NCBI GenBank assembly: GCA_963736115.1
Contig: CAVTNR010000008.1
Span: 32,001 to 96,000, forward strand
Direction of reading: 5' to 3'
Source: an uncultured bacterium
GTDB lineage: Bacteria; Zhuqueibacterota; QNDG01; DTFT01
DNA length: 64,000 nt
Shown here: one piece after another, positions 1 through 9,433 of the stretch
Layout: each line of letters starts with the position of its first letter
How positions within the stretch are numbered: the first letter of the stretch is position 1
Translations under genes and position numbers: made by a program
Notes under the pieces: model-generated
Told to the model about the DNA's origin: nothing
Databases searched by the model: none
The model's input: only the letters and a program-made list of their open reading frames with translations

Positions 1-251
1 CGGCGAAGGGCATACAGGGATTTCTCGGGGACAAGCTGAATATCGCGGAGGCGGGCATGCTGTCCGAGGACGTTGCCGGGCGACTGTCCGAAAGAGGCGT
101 CCGGCCGGAGACCATACAGGCGGTTTTCGCATGCCTTGACACCTGCGACATGAAGCGGTTTTCGCCCGAAACCGCCGCAGTGGACGAAATGAAGGCGTTT
201 TACAGCGAAGCGGAAAAAGCGGTGTCGAAACTGGAAAGGGAGCTGAAATGA
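1..251 (+). CDS. batD: BatD-family protein, C-terminal fragment (5' end outside window)
   Basis: Frame open from window start; C-terminal 'LDTCDMKRFSP' resembles BatD C-termini; overlaps the start of a BatE-like gene. Confidence 0.6.
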   Translation, partial: AKGIQGFLGDKLNIAEAGMLSEDVAGRLSERGVRPETIQAVFACLDTCDMKRFSPETAAVDEMKAFYSEAEKAVSKLERELK

Positions 252-1099
252 GAACCGTTTTCCGGACTCGGGCCGGCGGGCGGCTCCATGCTTTCCGGAG
301 CGTCCGGTCCGCTGTGATTTCCGTCGCGGTTGCGGCTGTTGCGGTCACGGTATTCGGAGCGTCCGCGGTTCAAGCGAGGGCCGACATCGCACAGGACGCT
401 TCCCTCGGGGGAGCGTTCCGTCAGGGGAATGCGCTTTACCAGGCCGGACAGTTCGACTCCGCGCTCGCCGCGTACGGGCAGGTCCTGGGTCAGGGTTTCG
501 AGAACGGGCCGTTGTATTTCAATATGGGCAATTGCGCCTACAAGCTCGGCCGCACCGGCACTGCGGTGCTGTACTATGAAAAGGCCCGACGTTTCATGCC
601 CTCCGACGAGGACTTGAAGGCCAATCTGCTGATGGCCAATCTCCGCGTGGTGGACAAGGTGGAGGCGCGGTCCGAATTTCTGCCCCTCCGGCTGTTCCGG
701 ATCGTGGTCCGCGGTCTTCCGGCTCCGGTCTGGGCGCTGATGACCATCGGCTTTTTCGGCCTGGCGATCGCCGGTGCCGTCCTTTTTCTCCTGTCCCGGA
801 GGCGGTTTCTGGCCGTGAACGGATATCGCGGCGCTGTGATGTTCGGCATTTTGTTCGTTGTTGCCGGACTGCTCTGGCTGGGCCGCGTCCTTTCCGACCG
901 GTCCACGGTCGAAGCCGTGATTCTCGCGGCCAAAGTGGACGTCATGAGCGCGCCGGGCGGGCAGGACAGCGTGGAGTCTTTCTCCCTGCACGAGGGCACC
1001 AAGGTGAGGCTGGACCGCGAATCCGGGGATTGGGTTGAAATCGTGCTTCCGGACGGCAAGGTGGGGTGGGTGATGAAAAGCAGTCTGGAAAAAATCTGA
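248..1099 (+). CDS. batE: BatE-like TPR + two TM + SH3 domain protein
   Basis: Signal peptide, TPR (LYFNMGNCAYKLG...AVLYYEKA), two TM helices, C-terminal SH3b (LHEGTKV...WVEIVLPDGKVGWV). Confidence 0.85.
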   Translation: MRTVFRTRAGGRLHAFRSVRSAVISVAVAAVAVTVFGASAVQARADIAQDASLGGAFRQGNALYQAGQFDSALAAYGQVLGQGFENGPLYFNMGNCAYKLGRTGTAVLYYEKARRFMPSDEDLKANLLMANLRVVDKVEARSEFLPLRLFRIVVRGLPAPVWALMTIGFFGLAIAGAVLFLLSRRRFLAVNGYRGAVMFGILFVVAGLLWLGRVLSDRSTVEAVILAAKVDVMSAPGGQDSVESFSLHEGTKVRLDRESGDWVEIVLPDGKVGWVMKSSLEKI

Positions 1100-1123
1100 G
1101 TTTAAAGTTCAAGGTATAAAGCG

Positions 1124-1154
1124 GTAGCCGCGGGCTTAATCCCGCGTTTTTTTT
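1124..1154 (+). terminator. GTAG-tagged hairpin / intrinsic terminator
   Basis: gtagc-cgcggg-cttaat-cccgcg followed by T8 just after batE. Confidence 0.6.
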
Positions 1155-1289
1155 GCTTCTGCGAGGAGGCCTCCCGTCTCTGCGGGAAATGAGTAATCTG
1201 TTTCTACTATGTCATCCGCCCATTCCGGATGGCCTGCCGATGATCAATCCAGGATTCCTCTCGTTGATCGTAATAATATTTATATAAAA

Positions 1290-4200
1290 TTATTTAATCC
1301 GCTTGATCCTCTTCTTTGTCTTTCCCTCGGATTCGGTCTTCATTTTAAATCGGTTTTTGCCTGCTGCGGTTTTTGATGTCTTTCGTCCGGTCATCTTGCG
1401 GGTTTTCATCTTTTTCGATTTTAAGGCGGTCTGTTTTTTCGGGGCGGGATGTTTCGGTTTATCGTCGGCCGGTCGCTTTGATTTCACGGAAGGTTTCATC
1501 TTCCCTGATGCGGGACGGTTTATGATCTTCCCCGCCGCTTCCAGCAGTTTCTCCGCCTGATACTCCGACCGGTTCATGGCCGCATCCAGGCCTCGTACGA
1601 TCCGAAACGCCCCGGAGAGGCGGGCCAGGGCCGCGGCTGTTCCGACAGACACGGCTTCCACGGCTTCCAATGTCAGCAGCCAGTCCGCCGTCTCCTCGAA
1701 CGCTTCTTTGTTGAACCAGTCGATGTCATGGAACCGGTTGATTCTCAGGAAATCCCGAACTGCGCCGTCTTCCAGCAGTGCGGACAGAAGGACGGATACG
1801 GATGCGCCGTATGTCCGGCCCGCCCAGTCCGAGAAGCGGACCAGCATTCTCAGTTCGGTGACGGACTTCCACGCGTCTTCTTCCGGTTCGCCCAGATCCC
1901 TGAGCATGCGTACCGCCACGTCTCCGAAACGCCAATCGTCCAGACCGGCCCGGCTCTTCTCCGGCCAGCGGGTCATATCCGTTATCTTTCCGAGCCTATG
2001 CAGCACAGCCCAGGCGAAAAGCATGGCCGGCCGCCTGGGGTCCGCGTCCAAAAATGACTGAACGCGCCGCCGGACCGCGGCAGTTACAGCCGTCCCCATT
2101 CCCGATCCCGGTCTTCTGAAGGACAGGCGGTTCCCCGCGGTGATCAGCGAGATCACGGTTTCCATCCGTAGTTCCGTTTCAGCCGAAACAGAGCCGGCGT
2201 CTCCGGCCGCGCCTGTTTTTCCCTTCCATCCGGAGAGAAACGCGCCGATTTTCGGCCGGAGTGAGGCGATCCAGGCCGGATCGGGCCGCGATCCCCTGCA
2301 GGCTAGAACCCGCTTCAAAACTCCGGCGTTCAGCAGCGCTTCGAGCGCCTCGATGACGGGCCGGATGAAGAGAAAGCGCATTTCCGACTCGATGTCGGCC
2401 ACGCCCCGGCCGTCCAGCAGGGCGGCCAGTTCCGCGTACGGCGAACCGCCGCCGTCCGAGACCTCCCGGAAATCCATGAACACGCGGCGTTCGTACGCGT
2501 GCAGGTCCACGCGCCACCCGTGCCGGTGGACGTCGGCGCAGCTGCGGATGTATTCCAGTCCTCCGACCGAATCCCGGTAAATACAGAAGCGGTCCGCATG
2601 GTCCGCAAGGCCCAGCCCCTCGGCCAGGGTCCTGCGCACGAGCCGTTTTCCATCCGCGGACGCGACGGAAACCGGGCAGGACTCCCGTATCCATCCGGAT
2701 GCGTGCTCGTATTTGTTGTGGACCAGAACCAGCGCCCGGTCGGGCCCGGACCGGTTGGTGTAGGCGAACACGTTTTCCGCTGCGCGGCCGTCCGGCCCGA
2801 CGCAGTCGTAGAGCAGAAAATGCTCCACGCCCGCGAACAGGCGCCGCCTGTGCAGAAGCGGGAATATCTCGCGCCTGTGCCGGCTGACCAGAGTTTCGTC
2901 CGGGGTCTCGTCCCAGTACGCCTTCCGGTACTCCATTCCGTACTTTTCGGAAAATCCCTCGATCTGGCCATGGCCGAACATGGGGAGCCCGGGTAAAGTG
3001 CACATCAGCGTGCAGATGCTGAAATACTTGTCGCCGTTTCCGAACTGATCGACGGCCGTGCGCTCGTCCGGGTTGTTCATAAAGTTCACGTATCGCTTCA
3101 GGATCTCCGGGTCGAACTCCAGCGTGCTCCGGATCGCGGCCCGGTACTTGGCGTTTTCCTCGTCCCGGAGCATGTTCATGAACGCGCTGTTGTACACCCG
3201 GTGCATGCCGAGCGTGCGCACGAAATACCCCTCCATCAGCCAGAACGCTTCGGCCAGCAGGAGCGTATCGGGCGCCTCCGCAGCCACGCGGTCAACCACC
3301 TGGCGCCAGAACTCTTCGGGCATGGCCGCGTCGAACTGCGCCTTCGGCATGCCGAAATCGGACCGGGACGGGATGGCCCCGCCCGTTCCGGGTTCCGGGA
3401 ACCACAGGCGGTGGAAATGCTTCTTCGCGAGCGTCATGGCCGCGTCGAAACGGATGATGGGGAACATCCGGGCGACGTGCAGTATGGCGCCGATCATCGC
3501 CTCGCGCACGTCCGGCCGCAGATAATCGAGCTGGGCGGTGTCGTTCCACGGCATGCTGGTGCCGTCGTTCCCGTGGTACACATAGCGGACCGATCCGGTC
3601 GCGCGGTCCACGCGCTTGAACACCACGGCCGCGTCGCTGCGGCTGTAGTAGTGGTCCTCCAGGTAGATGCCCGTGCGGCCGTCCTCGGAGAGATCCGGCC
3701 CGTCGAAGGAATAAGCGGGAAAGGGACTGTAGTCGAGGGAAACGAAACGTTCCGGGTGTTCCGTCATCCAGATCGAATCGATGCTCATGTGATTGGGCAC
3801 CAGGTCGCTGGCCATGCGGATGCCGCGCATCATCGCGCGGTTCCGCAGGTCCCAGAAGGCGGATTCGCCTCCCAAGTCGTCGGCGATCCGGTAATCGAAC
3901 AGCGAGTAGGCCGAGGCCAGGGCCTCCGGATTGCCGCAGAGCTGTTTGATCCGGCGCGAAGCCCGGCTGCGTTCCCACAGGCCGATGAGCCAGAGGCCGG
4001 TGAAACCCGCGGCCGCCAGGCGGTCGAGCTCCGAATCCGGAATCTGGTCGAGCCGGGTGAGAGTGGTCCCGGCCGCCCTGGAGATCTGGTCGAGCCAGAC
4101 ATAGGCGTTTTTCGCGATCAGCACGAGGCGCGGCATCCAGTCCCGGTCCGGGCTGTAATGCTCAACCTCCGGATTGAGCCCCGAGAAATCCGGGACCGAC

Positions 4201-5018
4201 GAGGGCCCTGGACCGGGGCCTCCGCCCAGGCCGAAAATGGCCGCCTTTTCCTCCTCCTGAAGAAAATCCAGGCCGCCCAGCAGGCGGACGAGGTATTCAC
4301 CGAGCAGGCTTCCCCAGTGCAGGCGGATGTATTCCAGCTGTCCGGCCAGGCTGTGGGGAACGGCGATCGCCGGACTCGCCAGGAGGTCCACCAGGTTCTG
4401 GTTGTAAGGGCCGAAGGGCGGGCGAGTCCCGAAATATCCGTTCAGGCCCGAGATGATTTCCGCATAGGCCGTCCGTTCCTGCAGACCGGCGTCGTCGAAC
4501 AGTTCGGAGTACGGGGAAAAAGCGGGGTTGACGTTGGCGAGCCACAGGAGGAGCATTTCCTCCAGCACGATCAGACGGTTTTCCGTATTCCCGGTTCGGC
4601 CGGCGAGCCATGCGTCCTGGGTCAGGCGGCCCCGGTACACGGACACGGTCGGGAACCGGTCCGCGAAAATCGCGAGCGCCTGGTCCACGGCTTCCCGGCC
4701 GAGCCTGGCGTCCAGCCAATCCGACGCTCCGGACAGGGCCGCGGCGTCCACGCGCTCCCGGTACAACTGAACCATGAAATGCAGGATCTCGTCGATCAGG
4801 CCCATGGCATTGATCTGGCCGGCCCGGACCGACCGTTCCGGATGCCGGACGAGGTCGCGTCGGCTGTTCATCTTTTCAGCGAATACGCGCGCCGCGTGGA
4901 AATTGGCGAATATCGCATTGCCGTTGAATGCGAACAGGGCGTCGTCAAACCCGTACTTGTCCCTGGATTCGCGGGAAATGTGGAATTCATATGGGAATTG
5001 AGAGCCGTGGAGTTGCAT
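1290..5018 (-). CDS. Large GH13 alpha-amylase-family glycoside hydrolase with Lys-rich C-terminal tail
   Basis: GH13 regions DLVPNH, IIRFDAAM (nucleophile), LLAEAFW (acid/base), FMNNPDE; start chosen at MQLHGSQF (ORF extends to 5183). Confidence 0.85.
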   Translation of the reverse strand: MQLHGSQFPYEFHISRESRDKYGFDDALFAFNGNAIFANFHAARVFAEKMNSRRDLVRHPERSVRAGQINAMGLIDEILHFMVQLYRERVDAAALSGASDWLDARLGREAVDQALAIFADRFPTVSVYRGRLTQDAWLAGRTGNTENRLIVLEEMLLLWLANVNPAFSPYSELFDDAGLQERTAYAEIISGLNGYFGTRPPFGPYNQNLVDLLASPAIAVPHSLAGQLEYIRLHWGSLLGEYLVRLLGGLDFLQEEEKAAIFGLGGGPGPGPSSVPDFSGLNPEVEHYSPDRDWMPRLVLIAKNAYVWLDQISRAAGTTLTRLDQIPDSELDRLAAAGFTGLWLIGLWERSRASRRIKQLCGNPEALASAYSLFDYRIADDLGGESAFWDLRNRAMMRGIRMASDLVPNHMSIDSIWMTEHPERFVSLDYSPFPAYSFDGPDLSEDGRTGIYLEDHYYSRSDAAVVFKRVDRATGSVRYVYHGNDGTSMPWNDTAQLDYLRPDVREAMIGAILHVARMFPIIRFDAAMTLAKKHFHRLWFPEPGTGGAIPSRSDFGMPKAQFDAAMPEEFWRQVVDRVAAEAPDTLLLAEAFWLMEGYFVRTLGMHRVYNSAFMNMLRDEENAKYRAAIRSTLEFDPEILKRYVNFMNNPDERTAVDQFGNGDKYFSICTLMCTLPGLPMFGHGQIEGFSEKYGMEYRKAYWDETPDETLVSRHRREIFPLLHRRRLFAGVEHFLLYDCVGPDGRAAENVFAYTNRSGPDRALVLVHNKYEHASGWIRESCPVSVASADGKRLVRRTLAEGLGLADHADRFCIYRDSVGGLEYIRSCADVHRHGWRVDLHAYERRVFMDFREVSDGGGSPYAELAALLDGRGVADIESEMRFLFIRPVIEALEALLNAGVLKRVLACRGSRPDPAWIASLRPKIGAFLSGWKGKTGAAGDAGSVSAETELRMETVISLITAGNRLSFRRPGSGMGTAVTAAVRRRVQSFLDADPRRPAMLFAWAVLHRLGKITDMTRWPEKSRAGLDDWRFGDVAVRMLRDLGEPEEDAWKSVTELRMLVRFSDWAGRTYGASVSVLLSALLEDGAVRDFLRINRFHDIDWFNKEAFEETADWLLTLEAVEAVSVGTAAALARLSGAFRIVRGLDAAMNRSEYQAEKLLEAAGKIINRPASGKMKPSVKSKRPADDKPKHPAPKKQTALKSKKMKTRKMTGRKTSKTAAGKNRFKMKTESEGKTKKRIKRIK

Positions 5019-5176
5019 GCGTTCACCCGGATGGTTGGAGGTTGCCCTTTGCCGTAAAATACGTTTTTTATCCATGACCCGCAAGGGGTCTTTGATCCGC
5101 AAGCGGTCATTCGTCCGTCGGGAGCGGACGGCAGGGGGCATAGCGCAAAGGGCATAGCAAGGGTGCATGTCCGCAC

Positions 5177-5205
5177 TTGACAATGCGGAAAAAAACAGTT
5201 ATACT
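5177..5205 (+). promoter_or_regulatory. sigma70-type promoter for DUF362 gene
   Basis: TTGACA-N17-TATACT about 65 bp upstream of ATG 5269. Confidence 0.7.
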
Positions 5206-5268
5206 TCAAAAATTTCTCCAATTTACGGCGAGAGCAAAGTCGCCTCCAACTTCAAGAGGGACTCCCGT

Positions 5269-6546
5269 ATGAAAACCTATGCCGTTCACGTAGGTAATTG
5301 CTCCCAGTACGATCCGGACCGCATCGAAGAGGCCCTTCTCAGGGGCCTTGAAAACGTCCGGCTCGAACGTCCCCTGACCGGCCGCATCGTCATCAAACCG
5401 AACATCGTCATGGCCCACCCCGTGATCGCGACCGAAGGCTATACGCGGCCCGAAGTCGTGGAAGCCGTTTTGCGTCTGATCGGACGCAGGGGCCGATCCG
5501 TCCGGTCCATCGACATCGTCGAGAAATCAGGCCTGGGCGTGACCACGGCCTCGATGTTCCGGTGGGCGGGGTACCGCAGCCTGACCCGGCGGTATCCGGT
5601 GAGGCTCCACGCCATGGAAGAGGGGAAAAAATCCGTCGTGGTTCTGAACCGGGGCCGGATCCACCGCCACGTGACCGTGGCCAGGCCGATGGCGGAACGG
5701 GATTTTCTGATCTCCGTTCCCAAGCTCAAGACCAATGTGCTGTCGCATGGCTATTCGGGCGCGCTGAAGCTGAACATCGGCGTGGTGGACGGCCAGGAGC
5801 GCATCGCCCACCACCACCGCGACCTTCCGGTGAAGATCGTCGACCTCCTCGAAGCCGCGAATCCCGACCTCATCGTCACGGACGGCATTCGGATGGCGTT
5901 CGGCGGAAATCAGATGACGCAGGCCGGGGGAGACGTCGGCGTAATCGTCGTGTCCACGAACGCCGTGGCGCACGACATGGTGTGCAGCCGTCTGCTCAAT
6001 GGCGACCCCTTCCGAGTCCCGCACATCCGAGAGGCCATGGACAGGGGATACGGCCCGACCTCCTTCGAACAGATCCGGATCACAGGCGACGCCCCGGTCC
6101 GGAAAGTGCGGGCCGTCACGCGGAAATACCACTCCGGATTCATGCCCGTGGAAAAATTTCCGTGCCCCTTCCGGATTGTTTCCGGGGAGCCGCTGTGCAT
6201 CGGCGGATGCCAGGGCATATTCCTGGACTGGCTGCACATGGTCAAGGACCGCCAGCCCGGACTGCTCAGGCGATTTCCACGGCTCACAGTCGTCATCGGA
6301 AAGACGGACCGGCGCATCGAGGCTGGACGGGTACTGCTGGTGGGGTCCTGCGCGGCTGCGTCTCCCGACATCCGGTCCGGGAAAATCGTGCGCATCAAGG
6401 GGTGCCCGCCGACCCACAAGCGCATTGTGTGGGACATGATGGTCCGGTACTTCCTCCTGGCTCCCCTTGTCCGGCCCTCGCTGATCATCGACGGGTTTGT
6501 GCTGTATCCGTTGAAGAAGCTCAAGGGGTGGCTGGTGAATCTTTAA
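5269..6546 (+). CDS. DUF362 family putative Fe-S protein
   Basis: IVIKPN, ISVPKLKT, GALKLNIG, ITDGI, NAVAHD motifs of DUF362; C-terminal Cys domain CIGGC..GSCA..GCPP; GAGGG RBS. Confidence 0.8.
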   Translation: MKTYAVHVGNCSQYDPDRIEEALLRGLENVRLERPLTGRIVIKPNIVMAHPVIATEGYTRPEVVEAVLRLIGRRGRSVRSIDIVEKSGLGVTTASMFRWAGYRSLTRRYPVRLHAMEEGKKSVVVLNRGRIHRHVTVARPMAERDFLISVPKLKTNVLSHGYSGALKLNIGVVDGQERIAHHHRDLPVKIVDLLEAANPDLIVTDGIRMAFGGNQMTQAGGDVGVIVVSTNAVAHDMVCSRLLNGDPFRVPHIREAMDRGYGPTSFEQIRITGDAPVRKVRAVTRKYHSGFMPVEKFPCPFRIVSGEPLCIGGCQGIFLDWLHMVKDRQPGLLRRFPRLTVVIGKTDRRIEAGRVLLVGSCAAASPDIRSGKIVRIKGCPPTHKRIVWDMMVRYFLLAPLVRPSLIIDGFVLYPLKKLKGWLVNL

Positions 6547-6548
6547 CA

Positions 6549-6654
6549 AGTTCATAGTTCATGGTTCATAGTTCATAGTCCTGGTAAAAAGCGGATTTCA
6601 TAGTGGACAAACTCCATCTTTTGCTATGAACCATGAACTATGAACTATGAACTT
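6549..6654. repeat. Inverted pair of heptamer (GTTCATA/G)n tracts
   Basis: (gttcatR)x4 at 6550-6578 and reverse-complement tract at 6624-6653. Confidence 0.9.
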
Positions 6655-6692
6655 CCAACTCCCGACCATGCAAGTCTAACTCGGACCTTCCC

Positions 6693-8279
6693 ATGATCCC
6701 CTCTCGCCCTATGCTCCAGTCCATCAACCCCGCCACGCTCGAAACCGTCGGGCAGGTGCAGGTCACGCCTCCGGAAGCGGTTGCGGAGGTCGTTGCCTCC
6801 GCGCAGGCCGCGTTCCCGGCCTGGCGGGACGCGGGCCTCAAAACCCGTATCGCGGTTCTGGAGAGGGCACGGCAGCTCATGCTCGAGCGTTCCGAGCGTT
6901 TCGCCCGGCTGATCACCGAGGAAATGGGCAGGCCTTTCGTGGAATCCATGGTCATGGAAATGGAGGCCAGCGTCGATCTGCTGGGGTATTACAGCCGCAA
7001 GGCTCCGGATTTCCTCAGGGACAGGCGCGTTCCCCTGCATAACATTTTTTTCAAGAGGCGTAAAAGTTATATCCATTTTTCTCCGCTGGGAGTGCTCGGC
7101 GTGATCGCGCCCTGGAACTGGCCCGTTCTCATCCCGCTTGGTTTCATCGCGCCGGGCCTGCTCGCGGGGAATGCCGTCATCCTCAAGCATTCCGACCTGA
7201 CGCCGCTGGTCGCGGAGGAGCTTCGGCGGTTGTTCCTGGACGCCGGGGTCCCGGAGGCGGTTTTCCGGACCGTGCATGGGGGCGGCGATGTCGGCGCCGC
7301 GCTTGTGGACGCGAAAACCGAGCGTATCTTCTTCACGGGCAGTACCGAAGTCGGCCAGAAGGTGATGGCGCACGCCGCGCGTTCCCTCAAGAAGGCGGTT
7401 TTGGAACTGGGTGGAAGCGATCCCGCCATCGTGTGCGACGACGCGGACATCGAAAACGCGTCCAGCGGCATTGTCTGGGGCGCTTTCACCAACTGCGGAC
7501 AGAACTGCAACAGCGTCGAACGCGTCATTGTGGACGCCTCCGTGGCCGGCCGCTTCATCGAGGCCGTGGTGGAGAAAACGAAGCGGCTGAGGCTGGGCAA
7601 CGGCATGGACCCGGGAACGGACGTCGGGCCCCTGGCTTCTGAGGCGCAGTTGAGGAAGACGGAGGACATTGTGCGCGCCGCGGAGAGCAGCGGCGGACGC
7701 GTGCTCTGCGGCGGCCGGCGGCCGGCGGGAACGACCGGGCACTTTTACGAGCCGACCGTGATTCAATGGAGCCGGACCGATCCGGCGCCGTCGGACGAGG
7801 AGCTGTTCGCGCCCGTCCTGTTCATCACCCCATCCATCGGCGACGGGGACGCCATCCATCTGGCCAATGCCTCGTGCTTCGGTCTGGCCGCATCGGTCTG
7901 GACGACGGACCGCGGACGGGGCGAGCGGATCGGCCGGGAGATCGAATCGGGCACGGTCATGATCAACGACGTTATCGTCTCGTTCGGCATCGCGGAGGCC
8001 GGGTGGACGGGCGTCAAGAAGAGCGGGGTCGGCTGGGTGCATGGTGAAAAAGGGCTGGACGAAATGGTGAACATCCAGTACGTGCACAGTGATCCGCAGC
8101 TGCGCATGCAGAAGTTCTGGTGGTTCCCCTATTCCGGACGCATGGTCCGGGGCATGAAGGCGGGCATGACGTTCCTGTTCGACCGGAACATGTTCCGTAA
8201 ACTGGCCGCACTTCCCGCGGTTCTGATCCATTTTACGGCGTACCTGGTCCGGAACAGCAGGCGGGAGGATAAACTATAA
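6693..8279 (+). CDS. Aldehyde dehydrogenase family protein
   Basis: SINPAT, IAPWNWP, FTGSTEVG, LELGGSDP, NCGQNC (catalytic Cys), EELFAPV. Confidence 0.92.
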   Translation: MIPSRPMLQSINPATLETVGQVQVTPPEAVAEVVASAQAAFPAWRDAGLKTRIAVLERARQLMLERSERFARLITEEMGRPFVESMVMEMEASVDLLGYYSRKAPDFLRDRRVPLHNIFFKRRKSYIHFSPLGVLGVIAPWNWPVLIPLGFIAPGLLAGNAVILKHSDLTPLVAEELRRLFLDAGVPEAVFRTVHGGGDVGAALVDAKTERIFFTGSTEVGQKVMAHAARSLKKAVLELGGSDPAIVCDDADIENASSGIVWGAFTNCGQNCNSVERVIVDASVAGRFIEAVVEKTKRLRLGNGMDPGTDVGPLASEAQLRKTEDIVRAAESSGGRVLCGGRRPAGTTGHFYEPTVIQWSRTDPAPSDEELFAPVLFITPSIGDGDAIHLANASCFGLAASVWTTDRGRGERIGREIESGTVMINDVIVSFGIAEAGWTGVKKSGVGWVHGEKGLDEMVNIQYVHSDPQLRMQKFWWFPYSGRMVRGMKAGMTFLFDRNMFRKLAALPAVLIHFTAYLVRNSRREDKL

Positions 8280-8304
8280 TAATGTTCATCGTTCTTGGTT
8301 CTTC

Positions 8305-8328
8305 GTAGCCCACGGCTTCAGCCGTGGG
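8305..8328 (+). repeat. GTAG-tagged REP-like palindrome
   Basis: GTAG-cccacggc-ttca-gccgtggg, the GTAG + hairpin REP layout. Confidence 0.6.
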
Positions 8329-8337
8329 TTAAAAAAT

Positions 8338-8496
8338 GTAGGTCCGAAATGGTCCCGCTTTGCGGGACCAAGGTATTGTATATTTTTTAATATATTGAAG
8401 GCCCGCTTCCTTTCGCGGGCCTTTCGGACAAATGATCGAAAACAGATGTCCGATAGCCTCGTCCCGCGGATGGGGGGCTCGGCATATCAGACCTAC
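8338..8496. repeat. Composite GTAG-tagged palindromic element (GTAGGTCCGAAAT family)
   Basis: Starts gtaggtccgaaatg, ends catatcagacctac; 8446-8496 shares both ends with 41995-42085. Confidence 0.7.
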
Positions 8497-8516
8497 TGAA
8501 AGATGGAGCTTCCGAT

Positions 8517-8873
8517 ATGAATTCTTCTTTGGAAGACATCAACCGCCGGCGCAAAAAGGCGCACTCCCGGCTTCTGGAGCTCGACTCCAAGGTTTACAAG
8601 GCCTTTCTCGACATGGAAAAGGCCGCGTACACCGACGGGGCACTGGCAAAGAAACACAAGGAACTGGTTGCCGTGGGCATATCCGTTGTCATGGATTGCG
8701 AGTCGTGCATGCAGTGGCACATTGAACAGGCGGCTGCCGCCGGAGCCGTGATGCGCGAAGTGCTCGAGGCAGTGGAAGTCGGCATTGAGATGGGAGGAGG
8801 CCGGGCGACCGTGTCCGCCCGCTTCGCGCTGGAGGTGATGGAGGAGGTCTTCAAAGGGGAATTGCCATCGTAG
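8517..8873 (+). CDS. Carboxymuconolactone decarboxylase / AhpD-like protein
   Basis: GAL..K.KEL.A.G.S + CESCMQWH (CxxC-x-x-x-H) AhpD core. Confidence 0.88.
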   Translation: MNSSLEDINRRRKKAHSRLLELDSKVYKAFLDMEKAAYTDGALAKKHKELVAVGISVVMDCESCMQWHIEQAAAAGAVMREVLEAVEVGIEMGGGRATVSARFALEVMEEVFKGELPS

Positions 8874-8912
8874 ATCCGGAATGGCCCCACCATTTTATTA
8901 CCTGCAAGGCGG

Positions 8913-9023
8913 TGTCATTCCGGAAATTTCTGCCGGAATGTCATCCCCTCAGTTTTCAGGCGGGATGTCATCCCCGAGTTCTTCTGTCGGGATGTCATCC
9001 CCGAGTTCTTCTGTCGGGGATCT
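8913..9023 (+). repeat. Tandem array of 4 palindromic 26-31 bp units (TGTCATCCCC...CGGGA)
   Basis: Units at 8913, 8939, 8966, 8993; last is full length tgtcatccccgagttcttctgtcggggatct. Confidence 0.95.
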
Positions 9024-9056
9024 GAGTGCTGTATTTCACAATCGGGAGGGATTGGA

Positions 9057-9347
9057 ATGCGGCAATACTGCGTTTACATTCTGGCCAGCAGGAAAGATGG
9101 GGTTCTTTACATTGGAGTGACGAATGATCTGATCAGGAGGGTTTTTGAGCATAAAAACAATCAGGTCGAAGGTTTTACTAAACGATACAATGTTCACAGG
9201 CTTGTGTATTTCGAGATGACCAGTGATGTGAATGCAGCCATTGGGAGAGAGAGGGCGCTGAAGAAATGGAACCGTGCCTGGAAAATTCGGTTGATCGAAA
9301 AAGTGAATCCGGAATGGAAGGATCTGTATCCTGAATTAATCCAATGA
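9057..9347 (+). CDS. Small stand-alone GIY-YIG nuclease (YhbQ/UPF0213-like)
   Basis: YCVYIL...LYIGVT.DL.RR..EH, FT.RY, RE..LK.W.R.WK..LI...NP.W.DL; GGGAGG RBS; AT-richer than neighbours. Confidence 0.92.
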   Translation: MRQYCVYILASRKDGVLYIGVTNDLIRRVFEHKNNQVEGFTKRYNVHRLVYFEMTSDVNAAIGRERALKKWNRAWKIRLIEKVNPEWKDLYPELIQ

Positions 9348-9364
9348 TGGATAAACTTTTATGA

Positions 9365-9395
9365 AGACCCCCGCCTGAAGAATGCGGGGGTGACA
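9365..9395 (-). repeat. Inverted copy of the palindromic unit immediately downstream of the GIY-YIG gene
   Basis: Reverse complement reads tgtcacccccgcattcttcaggcgggggtct. Confidence 0.9.
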
Positions 9396-9433
9396 GGTGT
9401 CGTTAAAGGGGGTGACAGAAGCATCAATGGGTG

